This document shows, in pieces, positions 63,658-64,000 of a DNA stretch of 64,000 nucleotides (position 1 is its first letter; every line of letters begins with the position of its first letter). The DNA lies in contig OZ025786.1 of NCBI GenBank assembly GCA_964019425.1, forward strand, positions 1,488,001 through 1,552,000, read 5' to 3'. The position numbers were made by a program, and so were the translations under genes. Below the pieces are notes generated by a model. That model had not been told where the DNA came from. It was given only the letters and a program-made list of their open reading frames with translations, and did not search any database. Source of the stretch: Flectonema sp. DT1601. Its lineage: Eukaryota.

Positions 63658-64000
63658 ATGCGGAATTTTTTGAAAAAACGGGATCCTTTTGAACCCCTGA
63701 AGACGTCGGTAAGCAAGGTGGAGCTGGGTTTGATAAAGAAAGAGGAGCGGGTAAAGGAACACAAAAGTCTCGCTGCTATGAGAAGTGGTCAAGGGGGGAG
63801 TTGCTTAACATTGGTGAGATGGTGAACTCTGCCACCAATGTGTCAAGGGCGATTGCATACTTCAACACGGACCATAAGAAGAGATCAACAGTGCAGGCAG
63901 GGCAATGAAGCTCTTTGTTGAGGAACAAAAGAGGAAGACAAAGGGAGAACCACTAGAAGGGCAGGTGAAATCTGGGAGACCAACCATCTTAACCACTGAT
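63658..64000 (+). mobile_element. Frameshifted N-terminus of a pogo-like (Tc1/mariner superfamily) transposase, running off the window
   Basis: Joined frames read RCYEKWSRGELLNIG..SRAIAYF..RSTVQ / KSGRPTILTTD, i.e. an HTH followed by a GRP motif; no TIR confirmed. Confidence 0.5.

Overview
AT-rich eukaryotic genomic DNA, most likely a euglenozoan protist (inferred diplonemid-like). The supporting evidence: all 19 host protein genes lie on the + strand, short GT-AG introns are present, pyrimidine-rich AG sites precede several start codons, and there is a 16-nt match to the 3' end of the kinetoplastid/diplonemid spliced leader. Genes: degenerate receptor-type class III cyclase, glucosidase II beta, nucleolin-like protein, PTB-like protein, CFAP107-like protein, a natural MPC1-MPC2 fusion, PPP phosphatase, PI-PLC, listerin (LTN1), eIF3d, Tom22-like protein, serpin-like protein, RABL3-like GTPase and several unknowns. 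Non-coding features: a perfect 1.67 kb (AAC)n tract, a decayed piggyBac, a pogo-like remnant and several dispersed repeat families. The main finding is a family of intergenic structured RNAs (best copies 210-349 and 10621-10725) carrying the hammerhead-ribozyme core (CUGAUGA, GAAA, GUA). The core is split between the loops of two adjacent hairpins, so stems I and II form only by loop-loop pairing, and the two copies show compensatory changes. All structures and exon models were derived by hand and need computational and experimental confirmation.
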